Source: Stegostoma tigrinum
Taxonomy: Eukaryota
Direction of reading: 5' to 3'
Assembly: GCF_030684315.1 (NCBI RefSeq)
Contig: NC_081369.1
Coordinates: 17,756,658-17,817,753, forward strand
Length of the DNA stretch: 61,096 nt
Shown here: positions 23,448 to 34,562 of the stretch, piece by piece
Position numbering within the stretch: position 1 is the first letter of the stretch
How the letters are laid out: each line of letters opens with the position of its first letter
Program-made: the position numbers and the translations under genes
Notes under the pieces: model-generated
What the model saw: only the letters and a program-made list of their open reading frames with translations
The model's database searches: none
Told to the model about the DNA's origin: nothing

Positions 23448-24369
23448 GCCTGGCACATTGTAATGCTCATGACATGAACAGACCCTCCTGATTTTTGCAC
23501 AAGGGTCACCGCTATCGTTGGAAACTGGTAGAATTCAGTTTCTGCTGCACAAGCCCCCACGATGTAGAGGGTTCTGCTTCTCCATTTAGTTCACTACATC
23601 TAGAGCTGTGCTCAAACCTCCAATAGAGATGGCACATTATCTATTCCTTCGTGTGTGCCGTGTTGTTCACCTTGTGCCACCTATTCAAACGTCACTTGAA
23701 ACCACACAGTTATCTGGGCCATTGGATCCTGGGCAGTTGACTCCTATCACCGTGGTTTCTCAATGGGCACTTCACCTAGGGAGTTAGCCAGGGCCCTCAC
23801 ACACAACTGATGTTAATCCTCCAGCAACAGCCCAGGGTAAGAGTGAAAACATTAGGTGCTCCATTCATTAGATGTTTGTCAGCATACCAAGTGATATTTA
23901 CAGAAAACAACTTTAGAAATTTGAAGCTGCTTCAAGATGCATTCATGCAGCATTGAATACACTTTATCTGCCACACGCTAATCTCACTATTTCCAACAGC
24001 CTGTGCTGCTGCCACCCTGCCAAGGTAAAGGGCCTCCCGTGCCAACATTTTCAGGATGACCAGGTGCGGTTGCGATGTACCATCAAGCTTAGGACAATCC
24101 AGCCTAAAATGTCTATAGCTCAAATCTGGTTGAGGGCCAGAGTTGAGAAAAGGGCAATTGAGTACAAAATGTTCAATCTTTATAAGTCACCAGTAAGGTC
24201 TCATCTGAAGCACAAGTTTTCAGCAATACTATCTGTCAGCATTCATAGCATTTCCTGCATTTAGCGCCATCAGCCATTTCTTGATGTCACATGGAGTGAG
24301 CCAAATTGACCACAGACAGGAACCTCTGATTCAAAATTCCAGGTTCACGTTCTGATGGATGGCTGCACT

Positions 24370-24620
24370 TTAGCAGATATCGTCTTTTGCTAAACTGAGG
24401 TTCAGTCCACAGTGGATATAAAAGATCCCATTGTAGCATGTTGAAAAAAGAACAAGGAGCTAGACCAGATGTCCAGGTCAGTACTTATCCCTCAATCATG
24501 CCACAAAAACAGATCATTGGGTCATAATCACATTGCTGCCTGCAGGAACTTGCTGTGCACAGCTGCCAGCTGTTCTTCCAAGGCTTATAGCTCATTGATG
24601 GCAGTTTATTAATTGTAACA
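24370..24620 (+). mobile_element. Deu-domain SINE remnant
   Basis: gtggatataaaagatcccat...ttatccctcaa...aaaacagatcattgggtcataatcacattgctg...cttgctgtgcac matches the Deu central domain as recalled from AmnSINE1/SacSINE1. Confidence 0.7.
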
Positions 24621-24879
24621 TGCTTCATCAAGCAGTTTATATGAATTTATTGTTTAGTATAAATTCATGTGATGCCCAAAATGCATGGTATTTAACCAGA
24701 GCTACCACCAGATGGCACTTTAAGACAATTTAACATGTTGTTCAGAGCATCCTTTATTCAGTCCATCAAAGAGTTTACAGTGGACTTTGGAATTTAGTTG
24801 CCTTATTCTTCCTTCTTTGCTGACTTTTTGAGATAATTTAAAAATCTTATTTAATCCTGTACATTCATTACATTTTACA

Positions 24880-25745
24880 CTATGGTTGGAAGGGCAGCGT
24901 GTGAGAGGAATATTAACAGTTTACAGAGAGATATTGACAGGTTAGCTAAATGGGCAAAAAAGTTGGCAAATGGAATATAATGTGGGAAAATGTGAAGTTG
25001 TTCATTTTGGAAGAGAGAACAAAAGAACAGAGTATTATTCAAATGGAGAAAAGCTGGAGAAAGCTGCAACAGAAATGGACTTGGGAGTACATGTGCATGA
25101 GACACAGAAAGCTAGAACACAAAGCACAGCAAATAATCAGGAAGGTTAGTGGAAAGTTGGCCCTTCTTCCATAGGGAGTTTTGAGTGTGAGAGTAGAGAA
25201 ATCTTACTGCAACTGTACAAGTTGCTGGCAAGATCGGATCTGGAGTACAGTGACCAGTTTTAGTCCCGTTATTTAAGAAAAGATATCATTTTATTGGAGG
25301 CAGTTCAGAGAATGATACACAGTATGGAGGGATTTTCTTGTTAGCAAAGGCTAAACAGGTTGGGGCTCTATTCACTGGAGTTTAGAAGAATGAGAGGTTT
25401 CTTAAGGGGCTTTACAGGGTAAATGCTGAGAGGATGTTTCCCCTCATGGGAGAGTCTAGGACCAGAAGGCATAGTCTCAGAATTAAAGGACACCAATTAA
25501 AAATTGACATGAGGAGGAGTTCCTTCTCTCAAAAGGTTGTGAGTCTTTGGAAATCCTTGCCACAGAGAGCTGTGGTGGCAGACTCCTTCAGTACATTTAA
25601 GGCTGAGATAGCTAGGATCAGTTAGGGATCACGGATTAATGGGAAAGGGCACTAAAGTGGCTGTGAGGATTTTCGGATCAGTCACATCCTATTGGATGGT
25701 GGAGCAGGCACAAGAGCTCCTGCTCCTATTTCTTATGATCTGATG
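24880..25745 (+). mobile_element. CR1-type LINE 3' portion
   Basis: LQRDIDRLAKWAKSWQMEYNVGKCEVVHFG in frame, plus MFPLMGESRTRRHSLRIKG; 3' end ctcctgctcctatttcttatgatc. Confidence 0.8.
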
Positions 25746-25804
25746 ACTTGTGGTCCTTAGATGTTTTACTGGACCTATGGCATATCATGGGGAATGTTCC
25801 AATT

Positions 25805-26800
25805 TTTCAATTCTTTGGTGGGATGTGGGTATCACTGGCAAGACCGACATTTGTTGCCCATTGCTAACTGCCCCAGAGAAGACGGTTGTGGACCACTTTC
25901 TTAAACTCTGCAGTCCATCTACTGCCAGAATTTCTAACCCAACGACACTGAAGCAAGAGCAAAGCATTCCCAAGTCAGGATGGTGAGTGACATGTTGGGG
26001 AACTTGCAGTTGATGGTATTCTCATGTATCCGCTGCTCTTGACTTTCTTGATAATAACTTTGCAGAATTGGAAGATGCGGTCAAAGGAGACACCTCAATG
26101 CACCTTGTGCATCATGCACTGTGTTTAAGGTGATGAATGAGATGCCGATCGAGCTGATTGATTCACCCTGAAGAATGTAAAGCTTCTTGCATGTTGGAAC
26201 TGAATGCATCAAAGTATCCTAACTTGTGCTTTGTAGGCAGTGAACAGGCTTCGGGGAGACAGAAGGCAAGTGACTTACCACAGAATTCCTAGTATCTGGC
26301 CAGCTGTTGTAGCCACAGTATTTATGCAGATGATCCAGTTCAGTTTCTGATCAATGGTAACCTGCCTGGATGTTGCTAGTATGGAATTCAGCAACAGTAG
26401 CGTCATCAAAAGGCAGGAGGAAATGGTTAGAGTCTATTTCATTGGATGTGGTCATTTCCTGATGCTTTTGTCATGCAAATGTTACCTCACTTATCAGCGC
26501 AAGCCTGAACATTGTCCAGGTCTTGATGCATATCAACAGAATGCTTAGTATGTAAAGAGTCCTGAGTGCTTTTGGACCTTGTTAGCTGAAAGTCACATAT
26601 ATGCATTTCTGCCCTTACAATGGACAGAATGGCTTTGAAGATGGCCAAAGCTTTAATCTGAGAAACTTCAACAATTCTGGGATTGAGATGACTAACCTTC
26701 ACAATTGTAACCAACTTCCTTTGTGAGAGGTATGAATCTAACCAGTGGAGAATGCTCCCAATATTCCTGCTGACCCTCAGTTTTGATGTGGACCTTGACA
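25805..26800 (-). mobile_element. LINE (CR1/L2-group) 3' remnant sharing its tail with the 6349-type SINE
   Basis: ORF 26487..26804 has ILHWLDSYLSQRKLVTIV (RT). Related fragments at 28720-29175, 31035-31190, 40720-40860 and 44370-44520. Confidence 0.6.
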
Positions 26801-26871
26801 GCAATCAATCGATTACTGACTTCGATGTTTCTGTCATTCTGCCAGCATTTCTTTTTCTAACAGTTTTTGCG

Positions 26872-27917
26872 CCGTATATACTTGAGTAAAACGTGATCTC
26901 ATCTAAAAGTCAACACCGTATTTTTGACCAAAATATCTTGAGTTTCCCACACATCTCATGTAAAAGTTGACCCTACTTCTTCACAGATAAGAGATCAATA
27001 TTTGTGAATCATGGTTTTACCTTGTACATAGATGTCACGATGAGGAAATGATCGGTGAGACTGATGAGAGTCAAATGTCTTGATAACTTTGTTTTATCAG
27101 AAATGGAGAGAGACATGGAAGGAAATGGAAGAATTTGGCGTGAAAGTTTAAGACGCACCTGTGGAATACAGTCATATAACCAAGTTAAGATTTTGAAATT
27201 TCTTCATCACTTTGTGTAAAAATGTCCTCCAGAAAAAAGCAAAAAATATGGAGCAGTGTTTAAACCGAAAGTTATTGAAGATGCAGAGAAGACAAATAAC
27301 TGTGCAGCAGCAAGAGAATTTTGTGTTCCAGAGAAATCTGAGAGAGACTGGCGAAAGATATCAGACCAACGTCAGACGATACCAAAATGAAAGTGTACCA
27401 GCAGAGGTAAACTCAGAAAGTGGTCACAGTTGGAGAAAAATGTTGTTGAGTGGGTCCTTGAAAATCGTCAAAGTGGAAAATGTGATTGTTGTGAAGCCAT
27501 CTGAATCCATGCACGAAATGAGTAAAAGAAGGATGAAATTTTGGATTTTAAGGCAGTTGCTGAATGGTGCACAAGTTTCATGAGAAGGCTGGATTTTAAT
27601 GAACTTCTGTCTTTAGCATGTTTAATTTAAGATGTGCCATGTAATTGTAACTTAAAGCTGTATTATAATTCTACTTCACTTTTTGTTTGTATAAATAAGA
27701 GATTACTACTTCATTTTTGTTTCCATTGTCTTTATCTGGTAATTAGCATAATTTGTTGTTTATTTTCTTCATTCATTTAGAGATCAGTTGGGCTTCTGCT
27801 AATGAAATATATTTTGGACTGTAGCATGAATTCCAGCCCCTCAAAAGTAATAGCAACCCCATAAATTTAACCTTAAAAATATTCTAAAAAATTCAACTTT
27901 TACACAAGCATATACAG
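26872..27917 (+). mobile_element. Internally deleted pogo-superfamily (POGK-like) DNA transposon
   Basis: Imperfect TIRs CCGTATATACTTGAGTAAAA / TTTTACACAAGCATATACAG. 27247-27357 encodes YGAVFKPKVIEDAEKTNNCAAAREFCVPEKSERDWRK (Brinker-like DBD), followed by KWSQLEKNVVEWVLENRQSG and DFKAVAEWCTSFMRR (CENPB-type HTH). No DDD domain seen. Confidence 0.8.
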
Positions 27918-28084
27918 TGCTTATCCTTGTGTTAAAATGTAACCAGTTGTGATATGGAGCAACATCTTGAGCTCAAAGCTGGGTTGCAAGGAGGCGGAGT
28001 TATGAGAGGAGAAGAATTCTGGCATCATAATTGGCAGCCAGTTTTGAAATTTTTTTAGAAATACAGGTTAAGTTTTAACAAAAC

Positions 28085-28250
28085 CACGACACACATACAC
28101 AAACACATTTATGCGTACAAACACAAACAAGCACCCAGACACACAGGCATAAACATACAAGTGTGAAGATGCACAGACGTGCACATATATGTACATAAAC
28201 ATATACACACACAGATGCACAGCCAGACATACACGTGCACACATACATAT
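28085..28250. repeat. Degenerate (CA)n/(TA)n microsatellite
   Basis: Alternating purine-pyrimidine tract, e.g. acacacatacacaaacac. Confidence 0.8.
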
Positions 28251-28512
28251 ACTCAAAGTGACATTAATTGACATGTTTGCTCAACACCAAACAGTTCTCC
28301 TAGGCAATGGCTTATCAGAATGTCTTTCCTCCTTCTTATCAAGACAAATATCACACCTATTGCTGGCATGGACCAGGGAGACACCACCTGCTGAGATCAA
28401 GAAATGACCTCAAGCAGGTAGTTTTGCATAGAAAATGTGGGACTGATAACCCAATGCGTGGGCCAGGCTAAGGTATGATCTTACATGTCAAGGGAGCAGC
28501 ATCAGAAGGGGG

Positions 28513-31500
28513 TATAAAGCCACAGTCTACAAGAATACCAGTGCTGCAGGACAAGGAAACGTGATATAGCCAGTCACTAGACACTGTGCAGTGAATTCAT
28601 TGGTGGAGTGCATACCCGGTAATGAGTTCTCATGTGCAGGATCTCGATAAGCAAACAGCATTGTGCATATGTGAAGAGGATCTTTTGGGAAATTAACACA
28701 ATGACAGAGAAGGAATGGCGATAAAGCTCTAATTCAGGATGGTAAGTGGGTTGGAGAGAAACTAGCAGGTAGTGGTCACGCTCCCATGTCTCTGCTTAGA
28801 TGGCATGGGTTGTGGATTTAGAAGGTGCTGTCCAAGGATTCATGGTGAGTTGCTCCAGTGCGTCTTGTTGATGGTACACACTTCAGCAATGTGTATTGGT
28901 GGTTGAACAATTGAATGTGTTAGATTTGACCTGGAGGGTGTTGAACTTCCTGGGTGCTCTTGGAGCTGCACTCATCCAGGCAAGTGGGAAGCATTTCATT
29001 ACACTGGAACTTTGCAGATGGTGGACAGATTTTGAGGAGTTGGGAGGTGAGTCACTCACTAGAGAATTCTAGCTCCTGATCTGCTCTTGTAGTCACTGCA
29101 TTCATGTGGTTGGAACAGTTCAGCTTCTCGTCAATGGTAAACCCCAGGATGTTGAAAGTGGGAGATTTAACAATGAAGATAAGCCCTCCCAAAGTAAGCT
29201 ATTCCAAAGTGTGTAAAAAAGAACATATGATACCTAGCTTTTACCGAATTAAAATGTGCAAAGGAAATACTTTATCATTTATAAGAGACAAGGTCACGCT
29301 TATCAATGTGTCTACAAAACTGTGGATAAAAGAACTGTTTCTGCAGCTCTTTGGGAACCAGCCAGATGTGCAGAATGTTTACTACATTAATGATATAATG
29401 ATTAATTTATTTTTCTTCCTTCTAAAAACAAGTGCAAAATTCTAACCACTTTATATCTCATCTAACTGATTTCTTAATTTACTTCCTTTTAAAAGACATA
29501 ATGAAGCCTTATTCTGGCATTTCCATTACATAAAGCTGACACACTCTACTAGATATACAGAGTTAAGTATTTAGAGTTTTCCAGGATGTTTGCTATGATT
29601 TCAGGGTAGGACTGGTCTTAGCTCCAGGATATGGTAATAACAGTCACTTCCCTGGTAGCTCCACCAGTCTCCAGCTGAAGAAATGGCAGGAAAAAGGTTC
29701 TTCAATGGCCATTGACTTTCAGGAACACTGCGTTGTATGAGTGGTTCTCAATCAAAGAAATTGTAAAACCCTGAAGAAGGGATTTAAAAAGTCAACTCTG
29801 GTTTCTGTCCAATGACTCCTTCTGGAAAGGATGCAAGTGTGGATGTTGGATTAGAACATGATCTGAACCAACTCTAAAGCATAGTTTATGGTGAGCAAAA
29901 TTGGGAAATATTGTAACTCTCCTGAATTGCCACGTGCCAACAATTGCATTGCATTTTGTATTTTAATCAATGTCCTACAAATACATTGTACATTCTTGCT
30001 AACAAAATAGCAGTTTTAAAGTGCCATTCAACTCTCTCGACAAACATCAAGTGTCATACTTACACGTCATTCAGTTATATATTTGGAAGTACACCTAATG
30101 TACAACATAAGCTTAAAAGAAAGTTTCAAAGAATGCTTTTGTTCTTTTGGCTTTTTATGTTCTTTATTCAACTTGTCTCTATTCCTAATGAACACCTATA
30201 AAAAGACAAGATAAAGACAGTGTGGTAGAGTTTATGTTTGCGGTGTAATTCGGAAACTCTATTGATTGAAATTATGCTGATAAGGTTACAGCTCAACCTT
30301 TTGCAGAAATTCATTTACATAACCGCATATCTAAAACCTTCCATGACCCAGCGCAATCGAGCACCACAATAGAACCTATTAGTTTTGACTGTTTTATTGG
30401 ATCTGAGCTTGTTGCTGCAGGTACAAATATTTTGAAGTATTACTCCCGAAAAGCTGGTTATGCAGTAAAAGCTATAACAAAGATCAAAATAATTTAAATG
30501 AAACATTACAGACAGAGATTACATTTCAGTTCATTGAAGTATTTAATCTAATTGGTTCCAATTTAGCTTACTGGCTCTTGAAAAAAATCAGCCCACCAGC
30601 GTCTGCCATCACTCTTCAATAACTTCAATCATCGCCTTTTTTTTAAAATTGTTCGATTAGATAAACTTTGAAAATAAAACCTGGTTTAAAGATATATTTG
30701 TAATCACTTGTCTTAGTAAGAATGTAGTTCATTCCAATAAATCATACACTTTGAATCCAAATCATTAATTTACATTCTTCCTTGGGCCAAACACACTAAT
30801 TCAATCTGTTCCTGTCTAACTGTTTAATAGCAATTCTTTAAGTATATGATGTGGCTCCTATTTAGAAAAGATACTATAAGGAGAATAAAAGTCTGTCTGC
30901 ATGTTTTCACAACCATTAATGTAATACTTATGAACAGATTGGGAACAGTTCCCCTTTCTAACCTGACAAATTTTTATTTCCGGCACTGCTAACTTTGCTT
31001 TTAATTTTTGACCAAGCTCTTTAATCAAGTTTGAACTTTCTGGGTTGGAGTTGCACTCATCCAGACAAGAGGGGAGTATTCCATCACACTTCTGACTTGT
31101 GCTTTGTAGCTGGCTTCTGGGAGTCAGGAGGTGAGTTACTCACTGCAGAATTCTAGTCCCTGATCTACGCTTGAAGCCACTGTATTTATGTATCACATCA
31201 CGCTGTGATATGAATATTATAGCATTGCCAAGCCATCTGATTGTGGCATCATTCACAGCAATGTACAGTGCCACTTATACAAGCCATTACACATTTGATT
31301 TTGTTGAATAAAGACCTGACATCTCCTGGTCCTTAAACAGCATAAGAGAAACACAAATGAAATAATTCAGATACTTTTGAGGGAATATACACACTTTAAT
31401 GTTTCATTTTAATTGAGGGCTCCAATTGGGATTTAGCTCAGATCCTAAAATCTGGACCAACTGAGGTTGAACCACAACATGGACTCCCTTAAATTGTGAT

Positions 31501-32091
31501 TTGGGTTGCAGTCAAATATGAATGATTTGTTGGCACTTACAAAAATAGCTTCATGCTCTGCATTCTCTGACAGTTGGACCTGTTCTTGATCTGTAGAATA
31601 GTGCCACCAATGTGATGATTAATTCATGAAAAGTGATCAAAATTGCAGACTCTGTAAATATAACAAGTAACTAAGGTTAGAAGGGAAAGATGTGATGTCC
31701 AGATATATAAAGGGGGGACAACAGGAGAGTGTGAGAGAGCTGCTGACTGTAGTAGTCAATAAACTCTCTGCAAAAGCAAAGTCTATATCTCTTAGTTTCT
31801 GTTTAAACATCCTGGTTAGAATCCAATAACACTCAGGAGAGAATGTCAAATGTACAAGGTGTGTGGTATTTCCACTCTCTATATTATCAACCCTTGCTTT
31901 CTTCCTCTTGCCTGAGGTCCTCACTCATCCTGGAGGGAACTGGCAATCAATGAACACCAACTTTCATTGACTGACATTCTTATTCCCAGCTGCCCCCACC
32001 ACAACCGTTGACCTGCTTGACACAACCAATCATTTCCTAAGAGTCCACAGAACATGGAACATTAGGATGTTACAGGACCTGCTATTATGGT
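28513..32091 (+). pseudogene. Decayed third chymotrypsin-family gene (promoter/exon 1, exon 4 and exon 5 relics)
   Basis: TATAAA at 28513 followed by ccacagtctacaag (12/14 to the paralog-2 leader). Exon-1 relic 28561-28618; exon-4 relic approx. 31574-31653 (KVIKIA); exon-5 relic 31917-32089 (VLTHPGGNWQSMNTN...GC.RT.YY|gt). Confidence 0.65.
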
Positions 32092-32109
32092 TAAAACGTA
32101 CAAAAAGAA

Positions 32110-32432
32110 GGTACAGTACATTTCACAACCTCAGGATGCCCCAAAGCACTTTACAACCAATGGAGTACTTCTGGAATGTAGCACTATTGTAATGTAGAAA
32201 ATGTGGCAGCTGTTTGTACACAGCAAGCTCCTGCAATCACCAATGAAGTAAATAACTATTTCTTTTTTTAGATTTAGTTGAAGGTGAATATGTCACCGGA
32301 TGAATACCACTCCTCTTCAATTAATAGTAATGTGGGAACTTAAGCTACACCTGAGAGAACAGGTGGATCTTCAGTTTGGCATCTCATCCAGAAGATGTCA
32401 CATTACATAGCGCAGCACTGTCTCAGTACTAT
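32110..32432 (-). mobile_element. Deu-domain SINE
   Basis: tttcacaacctcaggatgccccaaagcactttacaaccaat...cacagcaagctcc = reverse complement of the Deu-SINE 3' region. Confidence 0.7.
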
Positions 32433-32434
32433 CC

Positions 32435-33545
32435 TGAATTTGGGAAAGAGTTCCAAAAGCACAGTCCTCAGAGAAAAAAAATTCCTCACCTTCATCTTAT
32501 ATGGAAGACTCCTTATTTTTAAACTGTATTAAACTCCCTAGTTCTAGTCTCTCCTACAAGGGTAATGTCCCTTCAGTGTCACCCTATCAATTTCCCTAGG
32601 ATCTTATAGGTGTCAGTAAGATCTCCGCTTGTTCTTCTGGAGTCAAATGGAAATAAGTTCTGAATGTCCAACCTTTATGTTCTCATCCGAGGTATCAGTC
32701 AAGAGAAATTTCTTCTAATATAATTATATAGATACTTAAATAAAAAGACAAAAACTGTCCACAGAAATGCAGATATCTCACCAATGCCCTGCATAACTGC
32801 AACGAAACATCGCCACATTTATATTGACCTGCCTTTTAATAAATGATAACATTCCATTTGCCCCTCTAATCACTTGTTGCACTTATGTATTAACACTTCC
32901 TAAGTTATTCAAGAGGACACCTGGCATTCTGGATCACAATACTCTGCAATCTCTCTGTTTAAGTTATATTCTCCCTTTCTATTCTCCTTGCCAAAGTGGA
33001 CAGTTCACATTTTCTTATATTATGTTCTAATGGACAAACATTTTCTCACATCTTAAACCTAACTGTAGCCCTTTGTGGACACTTTATGTCCTCTTCATAA
33101 CTTACTTTCCTATCTATTTTTGTACCATCTTCAAATTTAGTAACACTTTGTCCGTTCACCCGGGTTATTTATATAAATTGTAAATAATTGTGACTTGTGA
33201 AACTTGTGCAAACATTGTTCCCTGTGGCACTTGTGCGAACCTGAAAATGACACAATTATAGATAACACAGTGTGGAACTGGAGGAACACAGCAGGCCAGG
33301 CAGCATCAGAGGAGCAGGAAAGTCGATGCTTCAGATCAGAAACCTTCTCAGAAATTTCTGAAATTCAGAATTCAGAGATTTCTGAAGAAGAATCCCGACC
33401 CAAAACACCAACTTTCCTGCTCCTTTGATGCTGCCTGGCCTGCTACGTTCCTCCAGCTCCACACTGTGTTATCTCTGACTCCCACATCTGCAGTTCTTAC
33501 TATCTCTGAATGATGCATTCATGTCTACTCTCTACTTCCTGCTGT
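32435..33545 (-). mobile_element. Old CR1-type LINE remnant
   Basis: Decayed reverse-complement similarity to 24880-25745. Confidence 0.5.
33260..33508. mobile_element. Penelope terminal foldback (older subfamily, as at 23133)
   Basis: Arms gataacacagtgtgga...gcaggaaagt / actttcctgc...cacactgtgttatc, with a one-sided extension. Decayed CTGAAGAAG core. Confidence 0.8.
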
Positions 33546-34358
33546 TTAACTGTTGTCCATGAAATAGCCATTGACCTGTATCATCCTTTGCAGATGCTCA
33601 TAGGCTAGCTGTGTATTGACAGGAATGGATTTTACCAGCGCACTAGGGATGAACTAATAGTGGGGAATGGTAATAAATGGCAAGATAGGGAGTGCCCAGC
33701 ATCTTTCCATTGCTGTGGCATTCAAGACAGAGATGGACCTTCTTATTGAGAGGCCAATTGTGCTACTTACATAGCCAGAAGAAGGCTAATTCCTGCTGCT
33801 GCTGATATTTTACCAGCAGTGGGTGGGTCCTCTTCCTGTTGGGAGACAGCCAGGTGAATCCTGGCCTTCTCCATGTGAACTAGGAGGAGAGAAATCCTCT
33901 CATTAACAGTTTCTATGACCCACTCTAACTGGACCAGTGACAGTAGCCCCAAATCATCTTGTTTTGAGGTTGACATGTGCACTGTGCCCATCCAGTAGGT
34001 GTAGTCCCATCAGTCTCCAATGAACCCTGATGAAACTGCAGTTGGCCCTCTGAGGTAGAGATGGGATCTTGTCTTTTAAAGGAATGAGAACCCTGATAAC
34101 TGCCAGCCGACAGCCAGATGGACCTAAAATGTAGGAGGGGTGGTCCAAACCACTCAGGCATCATTCAGCTCTCCAGCCCATTGACCAGGCTTCCACAGCC
34201 CTGGAAAAACCAACCCCCATCAGCGATAACACACTACCTCCAATAAGTATTTGGCAATTGTATACAGGAGCTCAGAAAGCTGCATGTACAAAATCAATGG
34301 TAATCTTCATCTGGGGAATATTCTAGATGTTTGGCAATATTTCTTTTCAAATTTTCAT

Positions 34359-34524
34359 TAACCTTGTAATCTTCCTAATGTATTTGTTTACTTTGGAAAG
34401 AAATAAGTAGCACATGCACTCATTAATGAACTTAATGGTGCTTTTTAATCTTTTTAGATATTATTTGTTGACTGTTTTGACATTCCTACTGTATGCTACC
34501 TATGGTTCATAATAAGCTATAAAA
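34359..34524 (+). promoter_or_regulatory. Promoter of chymotrypsinogen paralog 1
   Basis: TATAAAA 34518-34524, 45 nt before the ATG. GTTTACTTTGGAAA (34386-34399) is identical in the paralog 2 promoter. Confidence 0.65.
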
Positions 34525-34562
34525 GTCATTATTGTTTCTTAAACCTCACAGTCATACTAACC

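Noticed and set aside
33620-34210. Possible exons 6-7 of the fossil chymotrypsin gene
   Set aside because: No LQQ..LP or GDSGGP trace; it looks like an unrelated interspersed repeat.
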